Below, piece by piece: positions 8,419 through 18,201 of a stretch of DNA of 64,000 nucleotides (its first letter is position 1; each line of letters starts with the position of its first letter). The notes under the pieces are model-generated. The model was not told the origin of the DNA and ran no database searches. It was given only the letters and a program-made list of their open reading frames with translations. Location of the stretch: the NCBI GenBank assembly GCA_050124795.1, contig JASFEO010000001.1, positions 32,001 through 96,000 of the forward strand. Direction: 5' to 3'. The position numbers and the translations under genes were made by a program. Origin of the DNA: Candidatus Pacearchaeota archaeon (GTDB lineage: Archaea; Nanobdellota; Nanobdellia; Pacearchaeales; GW2011-AR1).

Positions 8419-8973
8419 ATGGACTTAACAAAAGCAATTTACAAAAGAAGAAGTGTAAAAAAATATTCTAAAAAAAAGCCTGACTGGAGAGATATTGTTG
8501 AGGCAATTGATGCATCTAGGCACGCACCAATGGCAGGAAATAATTTTTCATTAAAATTTATAATTATAGATGATGAAGAAAAAATAAAAAAATTAGCTTC
8601 TGCAGCTCAACAGCAATTTATTCAAAATGCTCAGTATGTCGTCGTAGCATGCACAAATCCCTCGAGAACAATTAATGCTTATGAAGAACGAGGAAAAATT
8701 TATTGTCGTCAGCAGGCAGGAGCAGCAATTCAAAACTTTCTTCTCAAACTCGAAGAAAGAAAACTAGCAACCTGTTGGGTTGGTCACTTTGTAGAAAAAT
8801 TAATTAAAGAAGCAGTCGGAGTTCCAGAAGACATTGATGTTGAAGCAATTTTTCCAATAGGTTATGAACAAGGAAAAACTCCAAAAAAATCAAAAACAGA
8901 ATTAAGAAATATTTTATATTTTAACAAGTATGGAAAAAAGGGAATGATAACTCCGAGGCAGTTGGAAGTGTAA
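8419..8973 (+). CDS. nitroreductase family protein
   Basis: AIYKRRSVKKY, HAPMAGN, AGAAIQNFLL, LATCWVG, PIGY. Confidence 0.9.
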   Translation: MDLTKAIYKRRSVKKYSKKKPDWRDIVEAIDASRHAPMAGNNFSLKFIIIDDEEKIKKLASAAQQQFIQNAQYVVVACTNPSRTINAYEERGKIYCRQQAGAAIQNFLLKLEERKLATCWVGHFVEKLIKEAVGVPEDIDVEAIFPIGYEQGKTPKKSKTELRNILYFNKYGKKGMITPRQLEV

Positions 8974-9026
8974 AATATATCTTTTAGAATATAAATCTAT
9001 AAAAAGAAACTAATAATTAATCTTTT

Positions 9027-9506
9027 ATGAAAAAAGAGGAAAAGCCTTGCACTTTTTGTGTTCTTCGTGACAAGGGGGGGCATTTATATGAAGATGAATT
9101 TTTTTATTCAAGGTTTGACAGATTCCCCTGCACCCCGGGGCATGTTGAAGTTATCCCAAAAAAGCATGTTGCAGATTTGCAAGATTTAACCAAAGAAGAA
9201 TGGACTTTTTATTTTCCTGCTATTAAGAAAACATTAGACAGAATAAATAAAACTAATCTTGAAAAATTGTATAAAAGTTATGTTAAAGAACCCTTAAATG
9301 AAAAATCACTTGGTTTTTGCAAAGACGCACTAAAACATCCTTACCTAAATCAGGATTTTGAAGATTGTTTAATTGGCTGGAATAATGGGGAAAAAGCCGG
9401 AAGAACAGTTCATCATTTACATCTTCATATAATTCCTGCGTATCCCGGAGACATCCGCGAAGGAGGGATAAGGCATGCAGTTGAGGGAAAAGGATTTTAT
9501 CGATAA
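9027..9506 (+). CDS. HIT family hydrolase
   Basis: CTFC, PGHVEVIPKKH, NNG..AGRTVHHLHLHIIP. Confidence 0.92.
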   Translation: MKKEEKPCTFCVLRDKGGHLYEDEFFYSRFDRFPCTPGHVEVIPKKHVADLQDLTKEEWTFYFPAIKKTLDRINKTNLEKLYKSYVKEPLNEKSLGFCKDALKHPYLNQDFEDCLIGWNNGEKAGRTVHHLHLHIIPAYPGDIREGGIRHAVEGKGFYR

Positions 9507-9552
9507 AAACTATTAAAATTTTCCTTTAAAAAACAATATGTTTCAGGAAATT

Positions 9553-9762
9553 TCAAATTTTCCCGGCATTTCTATAATCTACTTCAAAATAAGTTGCAGT
9601 CGCCCCGCAAACACTACAAACATAGGTCACTGCATCACCTCCTTCAACATCTATGCTCCTTGGGACCCTTAATTGTTCAACCATAAAATCAAATTTATGA
9701 ATTTTATTTTTAAAATCAACGCATTTCAAAAGTTCTGTTATACTTTTTTTATCAATTTCCAT
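9553..9762 (-). CDS. small zinc-binding hypothetical protein
   Basis: ATG 9762; C..H..CSVCG. Confidence 0.45.
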   Translation of the reverse strand: MEIDKKSITELLKCVDFKNKIHKFDFMVEQLRVPRSIDVEGGDAVTYVCSVCGATATYFEVDYRNAGKI

Positions 9763-9812
9763 AAAAACAGAATTAAAACTCTCTTTAAAAAGATTGTTGT
9801 GGTATAGCAAAA

Positions 9813-9846
9813 ACAAAAAACCCTCCCGAAGATTTCTCCTCGGAAG
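9813..9846 (-). terminator. hairpin + U-tract terminator downstream of ftsZ
   Basis: minus strand CTTCCGAGGA-GAAA-TCTTCGGGAG followed by GGTTTTTTGTTT. Confidence 0.7.
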
Positions 9847-9885
9847 ATTTAATAAATAATTTAATTTGTCATAGACAAATCTTTT

Positions 9886-10965
9886 TTATCTCCAGACTTC
9901 AATACCTAAATCTGAAATTTCTTTACTTACAGGCAAACTGTCACTTGCAACTTCCTTTCCCAAAACATACGGAGACTTAACTCCTGTCATTATTGTTATC
10001 ACTCTCACTTTTCCCGAAAATTCTTTACTAATTCTGGCGCCAATAATGACCTGTGCCTCAGGACTTAAGTTTTCTGAAACTGCTCTGCCGATAACATCAA
10101 ACTCTTCCAGTTTTAAATCAGGTCCGCAAGTTATGTGTATCAACGCGCCCGTAGCACCTGCATAATCCACATCAAGTAGAGGATGAGTAAGTGCCTGTTT
10201 GACTGCATCATTAACACGGTCCTGCGTATTTGATTCACCAATACCAATAACTGAAACACCGCCGTTTCTCATGATAGCAGAAACATCTGCATAATCCAAA
10301 TTAATTAAACTTGGAATTGTTATACATTCGACAATACCCTTAATCATAGTGCTCACAAGTTCGTTCGCCACTGCAAAAGCCTGTTCAATTGGCAGTTGCC
10401 CTGCAATATCAACTAATCTGTTGTTGTCTAAAACAATGCAAGTATCTGTGACTTCTCTTAATTCTTGAAGTCCGAATTCAGCCTTGTCAATTCTTGCTTT
10501 CTCACTTTCAAAAGGCATTGTAACAACTCCTATGACAACTGCGCCGGTTTCTTTAGCTAATTGCGCCACAACCGGAGCTGCTCCTGTTCCTGTTCCTCCG
10601 CCTTCACCGGCAAGAACAAAAACCATGTCCCCGCCTGAGATTGCTTTTTTAAGATCAACAATTGCTTCCTTTGCAGCCTCTCTTCCTCGTGCAGCATTTC
10701 CGCCAGCACCTAATCCACGAGTTAATTCCTTGCCAATTAAGATTTTTTCATCAGCCTTTGTAACACTCAAATGCAATGCATCTGTGTTTGCAGCATAGAC
10801 TGTTGCTCCGTTGACACCTTTGTTGAAAAGCCAGGTAACAAAGTTGCATCCACTGCCTCCAACACCAATAACTTTAATGCTTGCCTTCCCGGCTTTCAGT
10901 TCATCAAAGTTAATACTATGGCTTTCTGCATTTTGTATTGCCTCTTTTGCAAAATCTAATACCAT
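9886..10965 (-). CDS. ftsZ: cell division protein FtsZ (FtsZ2-like)
   Basis: GVGGSG, NTD, GLGAGG, GGGTGTG, NNRL, PSLINLDYADV; AGGAGGT SD. Confidence 0.97.
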   Translation of the reverse strand: MVLDFAKEAIQNAESHSINFDELKAGKASIKVIGVGGSGCNFVTWLFNKGVNGATVYAANTDALHLSVTKADEKILIGKELTRGLGAGGNAARGREAAKEAIVDLKKAISGGDMVFVLAGEGGGTGTGAAPVVAQLAKETGAVVIGVVTMPFESEKARIDKAEFGLQELREVTDTCIVLDNNRLVDIAGQLPIEQAFAVANELVSTMIKGIVECITIPSLINLDYADVSAIMRNGGVSVIGIGESNTQDRVNDAVKQALTHPLLDVDYAGATGALIHITCGPDLKLEEFDVIGRAVSENLSPEAQVIIGARISKEFSGKVRVITIMTGVKSPYVLGKEVASDSLPVSKEISDLGIEVWR

Positions 10966-11179
10966 TTCTTTTTTACCTCCTTGTAACTCTATTCACCTCT
11001 CACTATGCAAGAGTCGCGCAAAATTAACGAAATGTTTAAATAATTCACGCACTTACATTTATTATAAAGAATTCAGCCTCGTGGATTTAAATTAATTTAA
11101 TCTACATGATGTTTAAATTAATATTAAAAAAATGAGGCTTTTTTTATTTATATAGATTTCTATGGTTTTTTGTATATTT

Positions 11180-11740
11180 CTAAACAACTTTCTCCAACTT
11201 CATAATCTTCCACCAGGCTTTCTCTAATTTTTTATTAGCCTCACTAACAATTATTTTTAAAAAATTTTCATCAACTAAAAGTTTTCCACGTCGCATAATT
11301 GGAAACTCTAATTTCTCAGTTGAATTTAATTCTAGAATAATTTTATTTTTTGAAGTAATCATGCCAGACCTTTTCCAGCCAATCTCTCTTGCCTCGTCCA
11401 ATAACTTTTGAGCATCAGTTAAATTCTCACACGCAACATGAAGTATGCAACTTTCCATTTTAAATTTTATATTTTCTTTTTTATTAATTTCATCTAAAGT
11501 TTTTTTCAATTCTTCAAAACTAATTTTATCATGCCAGACTTTTAAAAATAAATTTCCTCTTTCTTCATCTTTATCAATCAACAAAACAATTCTTCCCGCG
11601 CACGACGAAGTCGTATAAAAATTTTCTTTTTTGTTTATTTTTTCACAAAGCGAAATTATTTTCTTATCCCAACTTCCCTTAGTTGATTTATCTAACTTAG
11701 AAAGAACTGAACTTTTTCTTTGATTAAAATTTGAAGTCAT
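11180..11740 (-). CDS. taw3: tRNA wyosine methyltransferase Taw3/TYW3
   Basis: DKS.KGSWD, YTTSSCAGRI, ILHVAC, GWKRSG. Confidence 0.9.
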   Translation of the reverse strand: MTSNFNQRKSSVLSKLDKSTKGSWDKKIISLCEKINKKENFYTTSSCAGRIVLLIDKDEERGNLFLKVWHDKISFEELKKTLDEINKKENIKFKMESCILHVACENLTDAQKLLDEAREIGWKRSGMITSKNKIILELNSTEKLEFPIMRRGKLLVDENFLKIIVSEANKKLEKAWWKIMKLEKVV

Positions 11741-12228
11741 TTTAACTCTTCTTCTAATTCTTCATAAGAAATATATTTCAAATTAATTTTTCTCACAGCA
11801 TCTTTTGGCAACTCTCCTGAAACAAGTTCCTTTATTATATAAACTATCTTTGGACGAAACCATTTTGAGTAAGCAATTTCAACCAAAACCCCTTCCGCAT
11901 AACCCAAACAAATCAACAAGTCAGTTTCTTCATTTAATCTCTCAGGCTGATTTCTCCAGGTTTTGCAATTAATATTTTTTCCGATCTCTTGATTAACCCA
12001 ATCAAATCCAAACTCTTTATCGTCGAGTGGAATTATTGAATAAACTTTTTTCCCTTTATTTTCAATATAACTTTTTGCAAAAAATTCAGACACACTTCCT
12101 TTATCAGGAGTTAAAACAATTTCACATTCAGAAACTTTCTTTGAAATTTCTGAAACTATTCTCTTAGCGTCTTTATTTATTTCTTCAGGAGAAGAAAAAC
12201 TTGTTGGTCCAATTATTCCGATTTTCAT
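11737..12228 (-). CDS. SLOG/LOG-like Rossmann-fold protein
   Basis: KIGIIG start, DLLICLG..EGVLVEI resembling the LOG GTLxE region. Confidence 0.55.
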   Translation of the reverse strand: MKIGIIGPTSFSSPEEINKDAKRIVSEISKKVSECEIVLTPDKGSVSEFFAKSYIENKGKKVYSIIPLDDKEFGFDWVNQEIGKNINCKTWRNQPERLNEETDLLICLGYAEGVLVEIAYSKWFRPKIVYIIKELVSGELPKDAVRKINLKYISYEELEEELK

Positions 12229-12890
12229 TCTTTCTCCAAAATTTCACATTTAATTTTATCTTCTTCGCAAAGTTCACAAAACTCTTTTGCATCATCAATA
12301 CTTCCGACAATACTTCCATAATGCATTGGAATCGCTAATGTAGGTTTAATTAATTTTACCGCTTCATGCGCTTCTTCTGCAGACATTGTAAATCTCCCCC
12401 CAACAGGTAAAAGCGCAACAAACTCTTTTCCTTCTTTTTTATGACCAGTAAGTTTTTGCATTTCAGGAATTTTGTCAGTATCTCCTGCATGGTAAATTAA
12501 AACATCATGTATCTTAATTAAATATCCCACCCATGACTCATCTTTTGAATGAAATGGTTTGTCAATGTTATAAGCTGCAAGAGCTGAAATTTTAACATCC
12601 CCATAGTTTAATTCATCTTCTTTTTCAATAATTTCTATTTTTATTGGAATACTAAATCTTGTGATTTTGCTCTGGCAACCAGCAGGTGCAACAATCCGAG
12701 TTCCATCTCTAACAATTTTTTGCAAATCAGCCACACTGCAATGATCATAATGACTATGCGTCAATAAAATCAAATCTGCTTTTGGCAAATTTTCTGTTAT
12801 ATTATACGGGTCAATATAAATCACCTTTGAATTTAAAATTAAAAAACCAGAATGACCAAGCCACTTAAGTTCAACATCATTAATTTTCAT
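12225..12890 (-). CDS. MBL-fold metallo-hydrolase
   Basis: WLGHS, IDPY, THSHYDH, YHAGDT, IPMHYG. Confidence 0.92.
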   Translation of the reverse strand: MKINDVELKWLGHSGFLILNSKVIYIDPYNITENLPKADLILLTHSHYDHCSVADLQKIVRDGTRIVAPAGCQSKITRFSIPIKIEIIEKEDELNYGDVKISALAAYNIDKPFHSKDESWVGYLIKIHDVLIYHAGDTDKIPEMQKLTGHKKEGKEFVALLPVGGRFTMSAEEAHEAVKLIKPTLAIPMHYGSIVGSIDDAKEFCELCEEDKIKCEILEKE

Positions 12891-12914
12891 AAAAATAAAA
12901 ACATGAATTAGTTT

Positions 12915-13428
12915 TTAAAAATTTCCTTCTGGAAACTTTTTCCAACTCTCAACTTTGCCGCCTTTCTTTAATTTCTTATCTAATATTAAAAGCTCTTCAT
13001 AAATTCCCTCAATAAGGTCATAATTTTTTGCTTCGTCAATTGTCACCCATTCGTAATCAGTCAAAGCATTGCATAATTTTACTTCCTTGTTTTCTGTTTC
13101 TGCCCACAAACTAATAATCAGCGACGGAACATTGTCAGACCGAACATAAACCAAACTTGTTACATAATCAAGATTATCAACTGAAATTCCAACCTCCTCT
13201 TTAACTTCTTTTTTTTGCTAAGTCTTCCAAAACATTATACCAATGAACTTTTGTATCTTTTTCCCTTAATGCATAATCCAAGACTTCTAGTTTTCCACCA
13301 GGCACAGTCCATTTATTTGGAAAAGCTTTTTCCCAACTCGCGCGTTTGCAAATTAAAAACTTGTTTTCTTTATCTGCTAAAATCACAGTTGCAGTAACAT
13401 AATGAACCTGATTTTTGTCATATTTCAT
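12915..13428 (-). pseudogene. NUDIX hydrolase split by one extra base in an A8 run (13209-13216)
   Basis: N half has WTVPGGKLE; removing one A gives AKKEVKEEVGI (Nudix box) and joins ORF 12915-13154. Confidence 0.75.
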
Positions 13429-13481
13429 AGAAAAAATCCATCACAATTATATTTAAATAGTTCCTCAAAACTTTTGAGTAA

Positions 13482-14084
13482 ATGGAAAGCGAGATACTAA
13501 AAGCATTTCTTTATAACGAGAAATTGAAATTTAACGAGATTGAGAAACTTGCTAAACTGCGCTCAAACAAACTTGCATATCATATTAAAAAACTTGAAGA
13601 AAAAGGAGTTTTACAAAAAGAAAAAGATTTTTACAAATTAAGCGAGGCTGCTGAAAAATTAATTCCTTACTTAAGTGATAAAAGATCAAGCCTATCTGTT
13701 GTTTTAATTGCATTAACTAAAGACAAAAAAGTATTTTTACATTCAAGAAAAAAACGTCCTTTCAAAAATAAATTATCCCTTCCTGGGGGAAGATTACTTT
13801 CCGGCGAAGAAATCAGCGATGCTGTAAAAAGAATGATGAAAGAAAAATTTAGCATAAATGCAAAACTCGAAAAAATAAATTCAATAACACTTGAGCATGT
13901 AAAAAATAAAGACAAAAAAATTCACTCATTCATTTTAATTCTCGTAACAGCCTCGACAAAAGAAAAAATAAAATATACTGAAATCAATAAAAACAAATCA
14001 AAAATTATTCCAAGTGATTATAAATTAATAAAAAGCGATTTGGACAAAGAAATTGAGATTATGACTTTTTTGACATCGGATTAA
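13482..14084 (+). CDS. wHTH + NUDIX-like domain protein (putative regulator)
   Basis: N-terminal LAYHIKKLEEKG wHTH; LPGGRL..GE.I.DAV.R.MKEKF. Confidence 0.75.
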   Translation: MESEILKAFLYNEKLKFNEIEKLAKLRSNKLAYHIKKLEEKGVLQKEKDFYKLSEAAEKLIPYLSDKRSSLSVVLIALTKDKKVFLHSRKKRPFKNKLSLPGGRLLSGEEISDAVKRMMKEKFSINAKLEKINSITLEHVKNKDKKIHSFILILVTASTKEKIKYTEINKNKSKIIPSDYKLIKSDLDKEIEIMTFLTSD

Positions 14085-14126
14085 TTTTAAAGCAAATTTA
14101 ATAAACCCAATCTTCTTTCCTTTTTC

Positions 14127-15482
14127 ATGGTAAAAATCGGTCTGGAAATTCATGGTTATATTAATACAAAAGAAAAATTATTTTGTAGTTGCGACGCTAT
14201 TCACGGCGTAAAGCACACAAAACCAAACATAAATCTTTGCCCAGTGTGCACTGCGCAGCCTGGTTCAAAACCAAACTTGCCAAATAGTGAAGCAATAAAA
14301 AAAGCAATTCAAATTTCTTTAATTTTAGGTTGCAAAATAAATGAAGAATTAATTTGGCAGCGTAAACATTATGACTGGCCTGACTTGCCAAAAGGCTATC
14401 AAAACACTTTGTCCGGTCCGCACGCAATTCCCGTAGGTGAAAAGGGAAAATTCATGAACATAAAAATTACTGAAGCGCACTTGGAAGAAGACCCTGCTGC
14501 ATGGAACCCAAAAACAGGCGAGATAGACTACAATCGCTCAGGAAGCCCGTTAATAGAAATTGTAACTGAACCTGATTTTAAAGATTCTGAAACTGTGATA
14601 GATTGGCTAAAACAATTAATCGCAACACTCAGTTACATAAAAGCAATTGACAAAAAGTCGGGAATAAAAGCAGATGTCAATGTTTCAATTGAAGGCGGAA
14701 AAAGAATTGAAATAAAAAATATTAATGGACTTAAAAAAATAAAATCTGCAATTGATTCAGAAATTGCAAGACAAAAAAAAGACTTGCCTCTGGAGCAGGA
14801 AACAAGAATGTTTGATGAAGAAAAAAACATTACAATAAAAATGAGAAGTAAAGAAGATGCAGAAGATTATCGTTTTATTGCAGACCCTGATTTGCCGGCA
14901 ATAAAATTAGATAAAAAAAGAATTAAAAAATTAAAATCAAACCTTCCTGAAACGCCTGCAGAAAAACTAAAAAAAATAATTAAAAAACATAAAATAGAAA
15001 AAAAGTCTGCTGAAATTCTAACTAAAAAACTTGACATAGTTAAATTCTTTGAAGAAATCATAGAACGAGCAAATCAAAAATTAGCAATTCGCTGGGTGAC
15101 TGAAGAACTGTTAAGTGTTTTAAATTATAATAAATTAGAACTTGAAGACCTTGAAATAATCCCAAATCATTTTATTGAACTACTTGATTTAATTGAGGAA
15201 AACAAATTAACAGAATTAAAAGCAAAAGAAATTTTAAGAAGCTGGACAAAAAAATCAACTTCCCCAAAAAAAGAAATTAAAAAACATTCACAAATTTCAG
15301 ATAAAAAAGAAATTGAAAAATTAGCAAAAAAAATAATAAAGAAAAATCCTGAAGCAGTTAAAAATTATAAATCCGGAAAAAAACAATCAATTAATTTTCT
15401 CGTCGGGCAGGTAATGCGAGAAACAAAAAACAGAGCAGACTTTAAAATTGTAAAACAAGTTTTGGAAAAAGAATTAAAGTAG
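14127..15482 (+). CDS. gatB: Asp/Glu-tRNA amidotransferase subunit B
   Basis: IGLEIH, KLFC, RKHYDWPDLPKGYQ, HLEED, DYNRSG.PLIEIVTEP, DYRF..DPDLP. Confidence 0.95.
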   Translation: MVKIGLEIHGYINTKEKLFCSCDAIHGVKHTKPNINLCPVCTAQPGSKPNLPNSEAIKKAIQISLILGCKINEELIWQRKHYDWPDLPKGYQNTLSGPHAIPVGEKGKFMNIKITEAHLEEDPAAWNPKTGEIDYNRSGSPLIEIVTEPDFKDSETVIDWLKQLIATLSYIKAIDKKSGIKADVNVSIEGGKRIEIKNINGLKKIKSAIDSEIARQKKDLPLEQETRMFDEEKNITIKMRSKEDAEDYRFIADPDLPAIKLDKKRIKKLKSNLPETPAEKLKKIIKKHKIEKKSAEILTKKLDIVKFFEEIIERANQKLAIRWVTEELLSVLNYNKLELEDLEIIPNHFIELLDLIEENKLTELKAKEILRSWTKKSTSPKKEIKKHSQISDKKEIEKLAKKIIKKNPEAVKNYKSGKKQSINFLVGQVMRETKNRADFKIVKQVLEKELK

Positions 15483-15503
15483 AAATTTTGTTATACAAAT
15501 TTT

Positions 15504-16025
15504 TTATTCACAATTTAAAATTTCTTTAGTTTTTGCATTAGTGCATGAAACAATTTGCTTTCTATTATTTTCAACTTGCCAGCGGGCAGGCACAATTTCA
15601 ACTGAATAAAGTATGCCAAAACTTGAATTGCTTAAATTAAAAATATTTATTTCATCAGGATCTCCTGGTTTAAATGAATTTTCAGTACCAATAAACTTAA
15701 CCAAATTTCCAACAACATCCCCTGTATTAAATGATGACAACTCTTTTGTAGCGAGACTTTGGTCTGTTGAATTTGTCGCATAAATAAAATATCCCCCGAC
15801 ATTGAATTTTCCATTATTTATTATAGTTAATTCCAAAATCTGGCTTGTGCAATTATATTCATAATCCTTTAAAAAAAGCGAAGTCTCATCAGGACATGAA
15901 GCAACCTCCCTTGGCACATAAGTTTTCATCCATGAAAAAACCGTAACCCCGATTATAATCGCAAAAGTTATCAATAAAACATATCCAATCATCGGGCTAA
16001 TTCCTTTTTTATTTTTCATTCTCAT
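15504..16025 (-). CDS. type IV pilin/archaellin-like protein (class III signal peptide)
   Basis: KNKKG/ISPMIGYVLLITFAII. Confidence 0.75.
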   Translation of the reverse strand: MRMKNKKGISPMIGYVLLITFAIIIGVTVFSWMKTYVPREVASCPDETSLFLKDYEYNCTSQILELTIINNGKFNVGGYFIYATNSTDQSLATKELSSFNTGDVVGNLVKFIGTENSFKPGDPDEINIFNLSNSSFGILYSVEIVPARWQVENNRKQIVSCTNAKTKEILNCE

Positions 16026-16035
16026 TTTTCATTCC

Positions 16036-16590
16036 CTATCCATATATAACATATTTTTGTCCCTCAATAACCTGCGAAAGTATAAAATAAAAATTCTCCC
16101 CTGGATTCAATTCAAAACCAAACTCATTAATTTCATCCCCGTAGTGAATCTTTATTGAAATAGTTTCTATATCAAGCGCCCCCTCTTCAAATCCCTGATA
16201 CTCCACCTGCTGCTTTCTTATTTCAAGCGGGCTATATTCTCCCTCATTAATTCCAACATCCACAAGCACTGTTTCATTTAATTGCTGGTAACCCATAAAA
16301 GTTATATTCTGCGCATTTCCAAAAATAAAATAAAGTTCCTGCAAATTCCCAATCTTTGAATATTCCTCAATAAACCCATCTAATAAATTCTCCATTTGCT
16401 CTATTCCAATATTTTCATTATAAATACCATAACTCAAAACCTGCGCACTCTCAATTTCAAGTTCCTGACCAATGTCATACGCACGGGTATATTCCTGTGT
16501 TCGCGAATAATTTGATACAGCAGCAAAACCAATAATCAAGACAATAATCACAAGTGCTGCCATAAGATAAAACTGCCCTCTTTTTTCCAT
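16036..16590 (-). CDS. pilin-like protein (class III signal peptide)
   Basis: MEKRG/QFYLMAALVIIVLII. Confidence 0.7.
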   Translation of the reverse strand: MEKRGQFYLMAALVIIVLIIGFAAVSNYSRTQEYTRAYDIGQELEIESAQVLSYGIYNENIGIEQMENLLDGFIEEYSKIGNLQELYFIFGNAQNITFMGYQQLNETVLVDVGINEGEYSPLEIRKQQVEYQGFEEGALDIETISIKIHYGDEINEFGFELNPGENFYFILSQVIEGQKYVIYG

Positions 16591-16629
16591 AATAAAAATT
16601 AATCAAAATAAGTTTATATAAGTTATTGT

Positions 16630-16962
16630 TTACTTTGAAAATCTCCTGCTTACAATTTCCAGTGCTTTTCTTTTCGGGCGCTCCTCATAATCATCGCAAT
16701 CATTTTCATCTAAAATATCCGCAAGTTCAATTTGCTTTTTTAATTTCTCCAGATTCTCTGAATCAGTATTATTAAGATTATATTCTATTGTTATGCTTGT
16801 GTGGGAAAAAGGTCTTCTTGAAACCACTTTTGATTCAGCAAGTTTTTGCCTCGGATTTGACTCTTTGCTCCAGACATGCCCGCCATATAATTCATATTTA
16901 TCTGGATATTTTTCAACAACACTAATATATCCAATTCCATTATTAGTATCTAATGTCCACAT
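16630..16962 (-). CDS. hypothetical protein
   Basis: 110-aa ORF. Confidence 0.5.
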   Translation of the reverse strand: MWTLDTNNGIGYISVVEKYPDKYELYGGHVWSKESNPRQKLAESKVVSRRPFSHTSITIEYNLNNTDSENLEKLKKQIELADILDENDCDDYEERPKRKALEIVSRRFSK

Positions 16963-17016
16963 AAAAAATATAATCTTTTTGTGTTTATATTAATTATCAT
17001 TCTGTAGAATATATTT

Positions 17017-17844
17017 TTAATTGTCAAAATCTATTTGTTGATTCCCAATGATCCTGGAATAGATGCTTATCCCCGCGTGTATTGAGCCAAAAAAATATGG
17101 AGATAAAATCCCTGTTCTTTTTTCTTCCGAGGGTTTTCTTTCAATACTCAATCCTTTCTTAAGTGATTTCCTGACTGTATCTGAATTTGTTAAATCTAGT
17201 AGGGGGATCATCATCCAATTTCTTCCCAATTCAAACAATGAATGATTATCATCAGAAATTATTGAGCCAAGGTTTGGATAAATTTTCTTCCACTCCTTAT
17301 AAAATTCTTCTGCTTTTTTATTTGGAAAAAAAGGAAAACTTGGTGCCCAGAATCCAGCTAGATTATTATAAACTTCTACAAAATCCAATTGCCTGATTAA
17401 TTCAGGATATTTTTCAAAATAATGCCCAGACCCATAAGGTGAAAAAGGATGGTCAATTCCAACAATTCCTTCTGCATCCTTTGCTTCTTTTATTGAGTCT
17501 TCAATAGTTCTCTCGTTTTTTATCCTTGTATTTTTGTCATGAGCCAAAACTAAAAGATGGCTTTCAATTCCTTCCTTTGTTCTCGCTAAAACTTCCTGAC
17601 CATTTATGCAAACTAAATTATCTTTCTCTGGGACATAAAAGCAATTCCCCAGATCAATTCTTTCATATCCTTCAGGAGATTCTGCAACTTGTTTATACCA
17701 ACCATTTCCAAAATGTATCTGTCCGAATATTCCTCCTGGACCGAGCCTTTTGTAGGCAGTATCTATGATTTTGTTAAATGGTTTTTTAACATTAAAACTA
17801 GTGAGATGCCCGTGCAATGTTGCTTTTACTTTTTGTTTTTCCAT
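17017..17844 (-). CDS. PHP-family metal-dependent phosphoesterase-like protein
   Basis: LHGH, GQE, HLLVL, DHPF, EVYN, SDDNH. Confidence 0.7.
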   Translation of the reverse strand: MEKQKVKATLHGHLTSFNVKKPFNKIIDTAYKRLGPGGIFGQIHFGNGWYKQVAESPEGYERIDLGNCFYVPEKDNLVCINGQEVLARTKEGIESHLLVLAHDKNTRIKNERTIEDSIKEAKDAEGIVGIDHPFSPYGSGHYFEKYPELIRQLDFVEVYNNLAGFWAPSFPFFPNKKAEEFYKEWKKIYPNLGSIISDDNHSLFELGRNWMMIPLLDLTNSDTVRKSLKKGLSIERKPSEEKRTGILSPYFFGSIHAGISIYSRIIGNQQIDFDN

Positions 17845-17890
17845 TTTCTTAATTTTATCAGAACTCTTTTTCCTTTCAGGTTTTTTATAC

Positions 17891-18146
17891 AGACTCGGGA
17901 AGGTTGCTCAAAGCTCACATGCAGGCTACCTTTATTTTTTCTCAGCTCTGCGACCTGTTAAGCATCTGTGCAAATGTTTAGGGCTGCTACATTCCTGTCC
18001 TGACCCGGTTCGCAATTGCAAGATCAAAACAGACAAAGCGTCAACGTCAAAATAAAGACCTTCAAACTCACTTGTCACGTCCTTCCTTGCAGTTTGCCAT
18101 AAAGCCCGTTTGCAAATAGCGGAGGGCTAACCCGCCAACCTAGTCT
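17891..18146 (-). ncRNA. ffs: archaeal SRP (7S) RNA
   Basis: helix 8 motif GGGTCAGGACAGGAATGTAGCAGCCC; 5' AGACT pairs with 3' AGTCT; GC-rich island with TATA upstream. Confidence 0.88.
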
Positions 18147-18201
18147 GTAAAAATATTAAAAATAATTAGTTTTTAAAACTATGTTTTTGAGAATTTTCAA
18201 A

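Noticed and set aside
13205-13220. Programmed -1 frameshift at the A-run in the NUDIX gene
   Set aside because: Restoring the Nudix box needs +1; the -1 frame soon hits a stop.
17526-18055. Plus-strand ORFs over the PHP gene and SRP RNA
   Set aside because: Shadow ORFs; the region is explained by the SRP RNA and PHP CDS on the minus strand.
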